IMG/VR virus record: IMGVR_UViG_3300026097_001139
Location: 1-64,000 of that record
Strand: one strand, 5' to 3'
Source of the DNA: a virus
Length of the DNA stretch: 64,000 nucleotides
This document shows, in pieces, positions 46,688 through 55,983 of this stretch. The position numbers and the translations under genes were made by a program. The notes under the pieces were generated by a model. The model was given only the letters and a program-made list of their open reading frames with translations. It ran no database searches and was not told the origin of the DNA. Within the stretch, counting starts at the first letter, position 1. Each line of letters starts with the position of its first letter.

Positions 46688-47290
46688 TTAATATTCAAAC
46701 CCCAGGTATTCAAAGTCATCATGCCAGAATTCTTGTACAAGTAATTTGTGTTTATCTGTTAGTCTAGTGGTAATCTGTTTAGACACGTTTACTTTGCGCA
46801 GGGAATAATCTGCTTCGCCAAAGTATTTGGTCATTAGTTCTTCATAGTCATTATCAAGTGAAGATTTGTTTAACACAATATTACAGTGTTTTGCCCAATA
46901 CCACTGGGGTGCAAAAAACGCACCACAAGAACTAGTTTCAGTAATTGCTTTTATATGATCGACAAGCCATTGTGCAAAGTCTAGTTCAGATTTAAATTCA
47001 AGTTCGTTGCTTTTGCGTGCATAATCTCTGTGTAAGTACCTCCAAGCACTTGCAAATCTATCATATGGATGTTGTACTACACAAAATCGATCTTTTGCTA
47101 ATAGTTGTTTTTGAAATTCTGACAAATGAAACAAACTTGGATGCTGATTCTCGTCTGTAGTGTGCCAGTACATATCAAGCACCCGGTGCCTGTCATTTAG
47201 TTGTAGATTATGTACTATAGCACTTGATGCATTTTTGGTAATAGCAAAAAACGTTAACTGCGGTGTATCATTGCAAGAAAGCGTATACAT
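46688..47290 (-). CDS. Sulfotransferase family 2-like protein
   Basis: ITKNASSAI (5'-PSB-like), QHPYDRFASAW (3'-PB-like), PQW, DDFEYLGFEY. Confidence 0.75.
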   Translation of the reverse strand: MYTLSCNDTPQLTFFAITKNASSAIVHNLQLNDRHRVLDMYWHTTDENQHPSLFHLSEFQKQLLAKDRFCVVQHPYDRFASAWRYLHRDYARKSNELEFKSELDFAQWLVDHIKAITETSSCGAFFAPQWYWAKHCNIVLNKSSLDNDYEELMTKYFGEADYSLRKVNVSKQITTRLTDKHKLLVQEFWHDDFEYLGFEY

Positions 47291-47321
47291 GCTTCTACTT
47301 ATAGTTTACAACTTAGCCACA

Positions 47322-47933
47322 TTAATATTCAAACCCTAGGTATTCAAAGTCATCTGCGTATATTTTTTGGATTATTTTTTTGTGATAATGTTTTAACTCG
47401 ACACTGTTTTTACTGTTTAAAACATTTTTCCTAGGTAAATTGTAAATGCCAGGCATTACATACTTTTTTAGTAAATTGTTGAAATCTTTGTCAAGATTAT
47501 TAAAGTCGAGGTAGATATTGCAATGTTGTGCCCAGTGCCATTGTGGTGCATAAAAATAAAAAAAATTCGGGTCGAAAGTAGCGTGTTTATAATCCATGTG
47601 TTTTTCATAAAATCGTTTAAGGAGAAATTCCTCAAACGATTCATCTGAATCATACGAGTCAATATGTATTACAGAATATTGCCATAGACTTTTTGCACGC
47701 TCGTAAGGATGTCGTAAAACACATACTCGGTTATTTGCTAATGCTGGATACTCTAAATCTGATAAATTGTTTATACTTGCATGAGGTTTATAGCAAACTT
47801 GTTTGGTTTTGTATTTTTCGTGTGAGCTAAATGGAAAAGCATAATACAGTGCTGCAGATATTGATACACTAGCAGTTTTTGGAATCCAGAAAAATGTTAA
47901 GATAGGTTGATCGTTTCGTAAAATTGTATCCAC
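47322..47933 (-). CDS. Sulfotransferase family 2-like protein (tandem paralog)
   Basis: IPKTASVSI, RHPYERAKSLW, PQW, DDFEYLGFEY. Confidence 0.8.
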   Translation of the reverse strand: MDTILRNDQPILTFFWIPKTASVSISAALYYAFPFSSHEKYKTKQVCYKPHASINNLSDLEYPALANNRVCVLRHPYERAKSLWQYSVIHIDSYDSDESFEEFLLKRFYEKHMDYKHATFDPNFFYFYAPQWHWAQHCNIYLDFNNLDKDFNNLLKKYVMPGIYNLPRKNVLNSKNSVELKHYHKKIIQKIYADDFEYLGFEY

Positions 47934-48029
47934 GCTCCTATTTATTAAAATTAAAATAGTAAAAACGAAAAAAAATAAATATTAGTATGTTGCCGTTTAT
48001 CAATAAATTACACCGTGTGATTACTACAT

Positions 48030-49175
48030 ATGATCCCGTTAGTTCCTAAAAGCAAATCATTAAATATCGATCAATTTTTTTCTATTCTTCATACATGGGA
48101 AAACTACCGAGACGTGTACAAATATTCCAGTAATCATTTATATACAAAATTCTCTTCTGACAGACAGTTTCCAATTTTTGATTTTTCCGAATCGGCTGAT
48201 GTAATAAATTCAGATCAATCAAGCATCAAATTTCTTATAGAATTAAAAGAAGGAAGCCAAAAAATTCCAGACTGGATTGTTAGCGTCAATGACCTAGATT
48301 CATCAGTCCACTATGTCATCATAACACCAGATAAATTCAATGCAGAGCAATTAATTTTAAAAAACCAATTATCAGAAAAACTCAACTACTCAGTAGTTTG
48401 GTTTCCTTACCATTTATATTGTTTAACGCCCGGCGACTTTTTTGCACCATTGTATAACTTTTGTTCAATGGACAATAACAAGTTTTACAATTTTTCAAAA
48501 GAAAAAGAAATCAGTTTTTTAGCAATGTCAGGTACCAATCGGCCCGAGCGGACATACTTTACTATAAAGTTAAAGAAAAATTTTGGTGATTGCAGTGCTA
48601 TTAGTTATAATGGACAAACATACGGTGTTACTGAAATTTTTGAAAAAGACTTTCAATTTCCGAGGGAAGTTCATCATTCGTCACTGGATTCAGGTGTAAG
48701 GACTGGAAATATATTTTCAGCTGGGGGTATAAAACAAGACGTTGGACATGCTGTGTCTGTAGATTTATTTGATTCAGCATACCTACAAATAGTAAGCGAA
48801 ACGCAAGCAGGTATTGACACTCATGACAATTTCTTTGTAACAGAAAAAACCACAAAAGTTTTGTTCACTGGAATGCCTTTTGTAATCTTTGGCGCACGCG
48901 ACTATTTGAAAAATCTTAGAGAACTTGGGTTTATGACATATGAGTCCTTGTGGAGTGAAGAATATGATTCTTTACCTAGTTGGCGGCAACGAGTAGGTGC
49001 AATTATTTCTTTACTTCACAAACTTAAAGAATTTGATTGGCAAGCAGCACTGCCAACTCTCAGAGAAATCCACTATAACAATCTCATGGTTTTAGCAAAT
49101 AGAAATAAAATTTTCCACAACTGTTTGCTTGAAGCTGAAAATTCAATAGCAAAAATTATCAAGGAACATGGATAA
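48030..49175 (+). CDS. Putative glycosyltransferase-like protein (GT10-like motif)
   Basis: RPER, IVSETQ..FFVTEKTTK..PFVIFG..GFMTY..WSEEYD. Confidence 0.5.
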   Translation: MIPLVPKSKSLNIDQFFSILHTWENYRDVYKYSSNHLYTKFSSDRQFPIFDFSESADVINSDQSSIKFLIELKEGSQKIPDWIVSVNDLDSSVHYVIITPDKFNAEQLILKNQLSEKLNYSVVWFPYHLYCLTPGDFFAPLYNFCSMDNNKFYNFSKEKEISFLAMSGTNRPERTYFTIKLKKNFGDCSAISYNGQTYGVTEIFEKDFQFPREVHHSSLDSGVRTGNIFSAGGIKQDVGHAVSVDLFDSAYLQIVSETQAGIDTHDNFFVTEKTTKVLFTGMPFVIFGARDYLKNLRELGFMTYESLWSEEYDSLPSWRQRVGAIISLLHKLKEFDWQAALPTLREIHYNNLMVLANRNKIFHNCLLEAENSIAKIIKEHG

Positions 49176-50321
49176 ATGACACATCTTCCATTTAAGTATT
49201 CCAGCAACATTGACAAAAGGAAGCATATCCAAGATTTAACAAATGCATATGATGTATGGCACGAAAACTCTAATTTGTATACAAATGCACACAGGATTCC
49301 TGATTGTTTTTTAGATAAAAAATACCCAGCGTATCACGCTCAAGAATCGGCTGATGTGATTAATGCAGATCGATCTAAGATTAAATTTTTTATAATAATC
49401 CAAGAGAGCTTGAGATTTATTGATAATAAAAAACCAGAATTAACTATACCTAGCTTGTCATATTTAAAAGCTGACTGTACATATATCTTCATTACCGGGG
49501 ACAACTTTAACGCTGATGATTTTCCTATTTACAATGGTAATGGCGAAAAATTATCTTATATAAACATTTACTTTCCATGGTGGATTTATTGGTTAACTCC
49601 GGTTGATTTTTCTGATCCTACGTATAACTACTCGTTGACTGGATATAACAAATTTTATGATTTTTACAGTAAAAAAACTGTAGATTTTATTTCATTAATG
49701 GGCACAATGCGACCAGAAAGACAATACCTTGTTAGAAAATTATACCCAAAATTATACAAAAAAATATGTGCAGTTTCGATTGCTGATGAATTGCTTGGTC
49801 ACACAGAGATCTTTGATCACGACTTTGATTACACTCCTCAACAGTTCTGGGGAGATCGATCGGTATTTAAAAAATTATCAGTGGCCCACAGTCTGCCAAT
49901 TGATCTTTATAATCAAGCTAAATTAAATTTAGTAGTTGAAACACAAATTGCTTATGATAGTGTGGATAATTTTTTTGTAACAGAAAAAACCATAAAATCA
50001 CTGTTTACTGGGATTCCGTTTATACTTTATGGCGCCAAAAACTTTTTATCGAATCTACGCAAAATAGGATTCAAAACCTACAGTACATTGTGGAATGAAG
50101 ATTATGATTCGTTGCCTACACACAAAGAACGTGCTAAAGCTATTGTAAAACTTATATCAAATCTTGAAAATTTTGACTGGCAAGCAGCAATACCAGAACT
50201 CGAACGCATACATTATCACAATTTAAAATTACTCAATAATAGAAATAAAATTGTAACACCTGCTTTTTTAAACTTAGAACACAAGATAATAGAAATTATT
50301 AACCAAGTAGAATCTGCATAA
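49176..50321 (+). CDS. Putative glycosyltransferase-like protein (tandem paralog)
   Basis: RPER, LVVETQ..FFVTEKTIK..PFILYG..GFKTY..WNEDYD. Confidence 0.5.
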   Translation: MTHLPFKYSSNIDKRKHIQDLTNAYDVWHENSNLYTNAHRIPDCFLDKKYPAYHAQESADVINADRSKIKFFIIIQESLRFIDNKKPELTIPSLSYLKADCTYIFITGDNFNADDFPIYNGNGEKLSYINIYFPWWIYWLTPVDFSDPTYNYSLTGYNKFYDFYSKKTVDFISLMGTMRPERQYLVRKLYPKLYKKICAVSIADELLGHTEIFDHDFDYTPQQFWGDRSVFKKLSVAHSLPIDLYNQAKLNLVVETQIAYDSVDNFFVTEKTIKSLFTGIPFILYGAKNFLSNLRKIGFKTYSTLWNEDYDSLPTHKERAKAIVKLISNLENFDWQAAIPELERIHYHNLKLLNNRNKIVTPAFLNLEHKIIEIINQVESA

Positions 50322-50328
50322 TTACACT

Positions 50329-51585
50329 ATGTCAAAAAAATTTCCAGTGAAAGGCGATACAGCCTGCTTGTTAAAATGGGCCTGGAGTACTGTATATCTC
50401 GGTCAAGGCACTAGCAGCAGTTGCCATAGAACAGATCAAGCACCTATTCCCTTAGACAACTTTGCCAGTTTCCATAATCTTCCCAACAAAGTTCGCGCTA
50501 GGGAGATGATGCGGCGCGGAGAATGGCCGCAAGAAGGTTGCCAATACTGCGAAAAGATCGAAGCCGCAGGAGGAGTCAGTGACAGACTGTATCAACTTCA
50601 AGCTGGGCACGATCTTGATAGAACTCCCGAGGAATTGTATGAAGATCCTGAAACCAACGAAGTAGTGCCTACAATACTGGAAGTTTATTTTAACAATGTA
50701 TGTAATATGGCATGTCTCTATTGCGGAGGGCACTTTAGTACCAAGTGGGAAGAAGAAACCAAACGCTTCGGGGAGTTCAAACACGGAAGTGTAGAAATCG
50801 CTAATTGGAGTCAGAAAAATGAAAATTATGATCAACAGTTGGCTGACTTTTGGCAGTATCTACACGAACACGACAGATATAAAAAAATACGATACTACCA
50901 GATACTAGGCGGCGAGCCGTTTTTTCAAAAGGAATTTGATCTCAGCATAGACTTTTGGGAGAGTCATCCCAATCCGGAGCTCACGTTCAACGTCATTACC
51001 AATCTCAAAGTAGCACCCAAAAAGTTTCGCTCCTATATAGATCGATTCGAGCAAATGGTAGAAAACGGCGCACTTAAAAGATTGCAAATCACAGGCAGTT
51101 TAGACAGCTGGGGACCACAAGAAGAGTACGTTCGCTGGGGACTGGACCTCCAAGAATGGGAAGAAAACTTTACATATTTGTTAGACAAACCCTGGGTGGT
51201 GCAGTGTGTAAATGCCGCTATCAGTCCTCTTACAATAAAAACTGCTCCTGAATTAGTAAAAAAAATCAACGAATGGAACGAGATTCGCCCGCCGCACAAT
51301 CCTGTTAATTACAGTTTTATGACAGTGATGGCGCCCCCGCATATGGATCCTGCAATCTTCGGCGCAGGAGTGTTTGAAGATGATTTAGATGCTGTCATAG
51401 CCGAAATGAAAGATCACAATGCACAAGAACATATGCAAGGCATAAAAAAACAAATAAGTAACAGTATACGCAGAGTTGATAGGATTCGAGATTTACAGGC
51501 CTACCTTGATGAAATTGATCGGAGGAGAGGCACAGATTGGCGATCTCTATTTCCTTGGCTAGATTGTGAATGGAGACAGGAATAA
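50329..51585 (+). CDS. Radical SAM protein with N-terminal twitch-like domain
   Basis: CLLKW..SCHR..CQYCE; CNMACLYC; LGGEPF. Confidence 0.92.
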   Translation: MSKKFPVKGDTACLLKWAWSTVYLGQGTSSSCHRTDQAPIPLDNFASFHNLPNKVRAREMMRRGEWPQEGCQYCEKIEAAGGVSDRLYQLQAGHDLDRTPEELYEDPETNEVVPTILEVYFNNVCNMACLYCGGHFSTKWEEETKRFGEFKHGSVEIANWSQKNENYDQQLADFWQYLHEHDRYKKIRYYQILGGEPFFQKEFDLSIDFWESHPNPELTFNVITNLKVAPKKFRSYIDRFEQMVENGALKRLQITGSLDSWGPQEEYVRWGLDLQEWEENFTYLLDKPWVVQCVNAAISPLTIKTAPELVKKINEWNEIRPPHNPVNYSFMTVMAPPHMDPAIFGAGVFEDDLDAVIAEMKDHNAQEHMQGIKKQISNSIRRVDRIRDLQAYLDEIDRRRGTDWRSLFPWLDCEWRQE

Positions 51586-51620
51586 TCAATACCGAAATGC
51601 ATTTAACAGATGAGTAAACC

Positions 51621-52265
51621 ATGTACGACTACTTTAACACTGTAGATAATATTTCTTTTGAGCTTAAACCTATAGATAGCAAGGTTTTACAAATATCTTT
51701 TGACAACGGACACTCACAGTCGGAAATTATTGCTGAGCTAGAAAAAGAAACTTGGAATCCATACGGCGTTGAAACCAAAATAGATCATGACATGTGGGGT
51801 GGGTATCGCTACAAGGTGCACAGACCGGCAAGTCCTATGCTACAACAAACAGTACGCTATTTTGGTACAGATCAAGCAAAACGCAAAGTAATTGATGCAC
51901 TGTACGCTCAGAAAGAAGAATTCACAAGCCGATGGGGCATGACACCTGACATGATGATGGATAACAGCCAACTCCATGCAGAGTTTACATTGGACAAGCC
52001 TGGGTTTGAAAATGGTATTCACTGTGATTATAGATTGCTAATTGGCACCGGCATGGTGTACTTTACAGATCACGATAGCATAGATCACTGTACTTTTTTC
52101 TACGATGATCCGAAAAGGAATAATCCACTTCAAGTACCTAGTGATTTCGGACAAGGGTGGTTTCACGCCAACGACTGGAACACCTGGCACGACGGCTGGA
52201 ACCGTACCAGCCAAGATAGATATAGCATGTTATTGGGTCTAACAGTATTATTAAAAAATAGGTAA
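51621..52265 (+). CDS. Fe(II)/2OG oxygenase
   Basis: GIHCD..GMVYF..WHDG..RYS (HxD..H..R). Confidence 0.7.
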   Translation: MYDYFNTVDNISFELKPIDSKVLQISFDNGHSQSEIIAELEKETWNPYGVETKIDHDMWGGYRYKVHRPASPMLQQTVRYFGTDQAKRKVIDALYAQKEEFTSRWGMTPDMMMDNSQLHAEFTLDKPGFENGIHCDYRLLIGTGMVYFTDHDSIDHCTFFYDDPKRNNPLQVPSDFGQGWFHANDWNTWHDGWNRTSQDRYSMLLGLTVLLKNR

Positions 52266-52268
52266 ATT

Positions 52269-52409
52269 ATGGCAGGAAAGAAAAATTCAACAGCAGGCAC
52301 ACTAATTGCCGAGCGCAGAGTAAAAAAACGTACCAGTATTGGGCATAGTCCTTGTAGCAGTTATAAAGGAAAAAACTCAGTTAAGAAACGCTATCGAGGG
52401 CAAGGTTGA
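52269..52409 (+). CDS. Small highly basic protein (46 aa) ending KKRYRGQG
   Basis: Hand-translated; fills the gap between genes; TTGA overlap with the next start. Confidence 0.65.
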   Translation: MAGKKNSTAGTLIAERRVKKRTSIGHSPCSSYKGKNSVKKRYRGQG

Positions 52410-53128
52410 CAAGGAAAAAAATATTAATAGTCGGCGACAGTTGGGCCGAGTCTATGTGGCGAATATCTGGTACAAAAACACTTGTCGATGATCATATAAC
52501 TGGAATGCTTGAACAACACGGACACATAGTTTATAATTTTGGTTTTGTAGGACGTGGAAATGTAGAGTCATGGGAGAGCGCAGATAAATTCTTTACAGAA
52601 AACAAAGCAAACGGATATTGCTTGCCTGATTTTGTAATTTGGTTTCATACTGACGTTTTACGTGACTACGCAAGTGAACTTGTTGATATTAAAAAAAACA
52701 ATAAACCATGGACACTGACGCATTTAGTTACAAAGTCTGCAGAAAGAGCCTATGGTAAGATTTGCAAAATAATAAAAAGCCACAAACTGACCAATCTTAT
52801 ATTGATAGAAGGTCAAGCTCCGACAGTTGAGCCAGAATTTTCAGAATATATCGACAAACCTTTACATACTGTTAAAAACTGGAGAAGTAAAATTGTAAAT
52901 AAACACGATTTGCCCGAATCACAGTTGTTGACAGACGTCACGTTGTTCGAGTATGGCGAAAATCTTGATAGTATAGAATTCAGAACAACCGAACTAGAAA
53001 AAATCTCAAAAATCCGCGAGGCAATGACCAATAGCTTGCTATTCCCAGACGATGCACATCCAGGACGCAAAGCACATGAGCAACTTACCCAGCAAGTGTT
53101 AGACGTTATCCGTAAAACAAATTACTGA
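52406..53128 (+). CDS. SGNH/GDSL-like hydrolase or acyltransferase
   Basis: IVGDSW, NFGFVGRGN, DDAHP. Confidence 0.7.
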   Translation: MTRKKILIVGDSWAESMWRISGTKTLVDDHITGMLEQHGHIVYNFGFVGRGNVESWESADKFFTENKANGYCLPDFVIWFHTDVLRDYASELVDIKKNNKPWTLTHLVTKSAERAYGKICKIIKSHKLTNLILIEGQAPTVEPEFSEYIDKPLHTVKNWRSKIVNKHDLPESQLLTDVTLFEYGENLDSIEFRTTELEKISKIREAMTNSLLFPDDAHPGRKAHEQLTQQVLDVIRKTNY

Positions 53129-54869
53129 GACTCGCAGTGCCAAGGTTGTAATAGTCAACAGCTAACAATGCAATATCGCCCTGTGAGTACACGCCACTGT
53201 CAATGGCATTACTCCAATATGCCAAGTCGCCAGTGCTGATTTCTGTTCCAAACAGTTCTTTCCAGATTTTTTGCATCAACACACTGCTGTCGTCGCCACT
53301 GGTGAAAGAAGCGGCAGCAGCTGCAATCTCCTGCTTGCTCATGCCTTGATTGAGAAAATCCACACCAGTTTGCACTAGACCAAACTGTTGCTGTTCTTGA
53401 TCTGTAAACAGTGTGTCTATGAGCTTGACCACCCAGCCTTGATCACTGCTGAGTGGTTCATGTTCCACATCGTCAACCAGCTGTTGCATGGTCAATGACC
53501 CTAGGTACACCGTGGCACGCTCACCCACATTCATTTCCCACCAACCTGTGTCCACAGGTGTTTCTTGTCCAAGCTGGATGAGATCAACAAGCCCATCATT
53601 GTTCACGTCGTGATATACATTGAGGTTGTGCTCTTCAACGCCGTCTGTGAGTTGCACACCGTTTTCACTGTAGGCAAATTCGCCGTCAACCGGCGTAAAG
53701 CTAAAATTGGTATTGGTTGCTTGACGAAAACTGCCATCGCCATTGTTTAGCCAGAAAACCTCGTGTGCCTGTTGCCATTCTGAGTCGTTGTGAAATTCTA
53801 TCCTGCGCTTGTCGATGATAAAGTCGATGTAGCCATCTTGGTTCAAGTCATCAAACTGCAAGTGCCCACTGACCGCATCTTGTGTATTTGGAAAAACCTG
53901 ATGTTCTACAAATTCACTGCGGTCATTTTGCAACAGAACCTGATAGTAGTCTGGAGACCCTGTGAGCCCACCGTCCCAATAAGCTTCGTAGATCACAATC
54001 AAGTCTTTAAGTCCGTCGTTGTTGACATCAATGTTGTAGTGATCAACTGCGCCACGTCGTGGCAATTGATCATAGCGACTGCTGAATTCAAACTGCTGTG
54101 ATTCTGGGTTGTATTCCCAAATTTCGTTGGCAGTGTTTGCATTTTCGTTAGCATAAAATCCCAGTGCTATGCCAGTGTTGCCGTTGGCTAACTCTACAAA
54201 TCCTGTACCACTGGTTGGCTTGGCAGCATTGCCCTGGAACAAATCATCGTGTGTGGTCCAAGTGCCATCGCCATTGTTTTCATGAATCACAGCTGCTTCA
54301 CTGGAACTCTGATAGCCGAAGGTGGCTGTAGCAATGTCTAAATCACCATCTCTGTCGTAGTCAAAGAAGTCCGCAATATGATTGTAAGCTCTGGTATCAC
54401 TGCCAAAAAAACCATCTGCCCAGCGCAGCCCTGACGCAGTGTTTTCTATGAAATGCAACTCACTGCCTGGCTTCTGGTCCGGAGTTGGATACAGTGTAGG
54501 ATTTTCGAAACCAGGGTCAACAACCACGGCGTCGTCATCACCATCACCATCGAAATCTCCTACCATCATGTCTCGAGGAAATGCATACACGTTGCTGTTT
54601 TCATGATTTTCCATGATCTCAGCACCTTTTTCTTCATAGGTGCCAGTGCTGGCGTTCCACACCCAAACCAAGGGCTTGTTGTGAAAGCTTTCTCTCAGTG
54701 GTGCGTTGCCCTGGTTTGGAAACGTGATCAGGTCTGTGTAACCATCGCCATTGGCATCCAGCCTGGCAATGTATTCTTGAGTGAAAACTGTTTGATCATC
54801 GTTGGCTCTTTCGGTGATGTTCCAGTTCTCATAGAACAAATTGGTGCTGTGATAGTTGAATGTCTTCAT
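53106..54869 (-). CDS. FG-GAP/VCBS repeat protein with a DUF4214-like C-terminus
   Basis: Repeated D.(D/N).DG..D motifs (DANGDGYTD, DFDGDGDDD, DYDRDGDLD, DVNNDGLKD, DLNQDGYID, DVNNDGLVD); C-terminal DLAYWSNAIDSG. Confidence 0.8.
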   Translation of the reverse strand: MKTFNYHSTNLFYENWNITERANDDQTVFTQEYIARLDANGDGYTDLITFPNQGNAPLRESFHNKPLVWVWNASTGTYEEKGAEIMENHENSNVYAFPRDMMVGDFDGDGDDDAVVVDPGFENPTLYPTPDQKPGSELHFIENTASGLRWADGFFGSDTRAYNHIADFFDYDRDGDLDIATATFGYQSSSEAAVIHENNGDGTWTTHDDLFQGNAAKPTSGTGFVELANGNTGIALGFYANENANTANEIWEYNPESQQFEFSSRYDQLPRRGAVDHYNIDVNNDGLKDLIVIYEAYWDGGLTGSPDYYQVLLQNDRSEFVEHQVFPNTQDAVSGHLQFDDLNQDGYIDFIIDKRRIEFHNDSEWQQAHEVFWLNNGDGSFRQATNTNFSFTPVDGEFAYSENGVQLTDGVEEHNLNVYHDVNNDGLVDLIQLGQETPVDTGWWEMNVGERATVYLGSLTMQQLVDDVEHEPLSSDQGWVVKLIDTLFTDQEQQQFGLVQTGVDFLNQGMSKQEIAAAAASFTSGDDSSVLMQKIWKELFGTEISTGDLAYWSNAIDSGVYSQGDIALLAVDYYNLGTASLSNLFYG

Positions 54870-55069
54870 CAGTGACTCCACCTTGTTGTAGTGTCGGAAA
54901 ATGTTAATCCAGGATTTTGGGCGTAATGTGCTTCAAGTTCTCGTGCAAATACAAGTTCTTGTGCCTTGAATGCAAGAAACACAACTTCTTGATCTGTCAA
55001 GTAGTCAGCACTGATATCTCCGCACAGCACTGCCTCAGCCACTGCTAACCGGTTGTCTGATAATTTCAA
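54869..55069 (-). CDS. Hypothetical protein
   Basis: 66-aa ORF, GAGGA SD, TTG start. Confidence 0.65.
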   Translation of the reverse strand: MKLSDNRLAVAEAVLCGDISADYLTDQEVVFLAFKAQELVFARELEAHYAQNPGLTFSDTTTRWSH

Positions 55070-55100
55070 GGTGTCTAGTCCTCTATTTCAGTTTAGTACT

Positions 55101-55129
55101 AGTTTACTTGAAATTGTGTACACTGTCAA
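55101..55129 (-). promoter_or_regulatory. Sigma70-type promoter
   Basis: TTGACA-N17-TAAACT. Confidence 0.75.
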
Positions 55130-55490
55130 GCCATAGATCTGCTGAATCATAAAGACTCAGCATGCTTGCAGTTTTTTCGTCAAACACCACAAGACACATG
55201 GTTTTGGGATTGCCGCGAGACACAAACCCATAAGGCCCTACTACATGTCGGCTTACTGCAAGAAGATCTTTAGGTCTTTTATCAATTGTGGTGAAAGGAA
55301 TGTACCAATGAGGACGTTTAAGGTCTTTGGTGAATACTTTTATACCCGGCCATGCAAGATGTAGATTGTTATTGTCTCTTTTGTCTTGCCACCATCTAGC
55401 CCAAGCTTCTGTCCAGGAACAATCTTTGGATTGCCATTGATCAAATGCTTCCCAAAATATTTCATTTTTCGGGGTAGATTTGTTCGCCAT
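55104..55490 (-). CDS. Hypothetical protein
   Basis: Start placed at MANKST. Confidence 0.65.
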   Translation of the reverse strand: MANKSTPKNEIFWEAFDQWQSKDCSWTEAWARWWQDKRDNNNLHLAWPGIKVFTKDLKRPHWYIPFTTIDKRPKDLLAVSRHVVGPYGFVSRGNPKTMCLVVFDEKTASMLSLYDSADLWLDSVHNFK

Positions 55491-55755
55491 CACGCAAGAG
55501 GTATACAGAGAACAAGTCTGTATCAAATTGGTTGTTGAGTTTTTTTGCCAGGTTTATGGCATGTCCAGGATTGCTAAAGCTCACTTTTTTATATTTAGGC
55601 CCTGGGTATTGTGTAAGCAGATTAGATGTTTTAAGGTTAATAGGAGTACCATCGTAGAACACTGCCCAGATACCGTCGCTAGCAAGAACTTGCTCGTTTT
55701 TATAACTGTCTTTGTTGGCCTTTTCGGCTAACACCTGTGGTTTTGGTCTACTCAA
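55462..55755 (-). CDS. Hypothetical phage protein (MSRPKP..SFSNPGHAINLAKKLN)
   Basis: 97-aa ORF preceded by ATAAATA and AGGA. Confidence 0.75.
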   Translation of the reverse strand: MSRPKPQVLAEKANKDSYKNEQVLASDGIWAVFYDGTPINLKTSNLLTQYPGPKYKKVSFSNPGHAINLAKKLNNQFDTDLFSVYLLRDGEQIYPEK

Positions 55756-55779
55756 TTTGATATCCTGTAAGCATATTTA

Positions 55780-55983
55780 TTACCACTTTCCGCCTTGTAG
55801 CTGGACTTCAATGGTTTCCATTTGCTCTTTTTTACTTTGTTTTAGTTCATCTAAGTCACTTAGCAGTTTAAGCAGTTCAGTTTGCAAGTTTTTAGCATCG
55901 CGCAATGGCCAAGTAAAATCCTTGGCCTGTTTATTTTCCAATGTTTGCACTCGTTCTGCAAACCTTTTGATATACAAGCTCAT
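55780..55983 (-). CDS. Hypothetical protein
   Basis: 67-aa ORF, ATGA overlap. Confidence 0.65.
   Translation of the reverse strand: MSLYIKRFAERVQTLENKQAKDFTWPLRDAKNLQTELLKLLSDLDELKQSKKEQMETIEVQLQGGKW

Noticed and set aside
27880-55083. Shared leader decamer AGGACTAGAC before the genes starting at 27879 and 55069
   Set aside because: Only two copies, partly explained by the SD; insufficient evidence of function.
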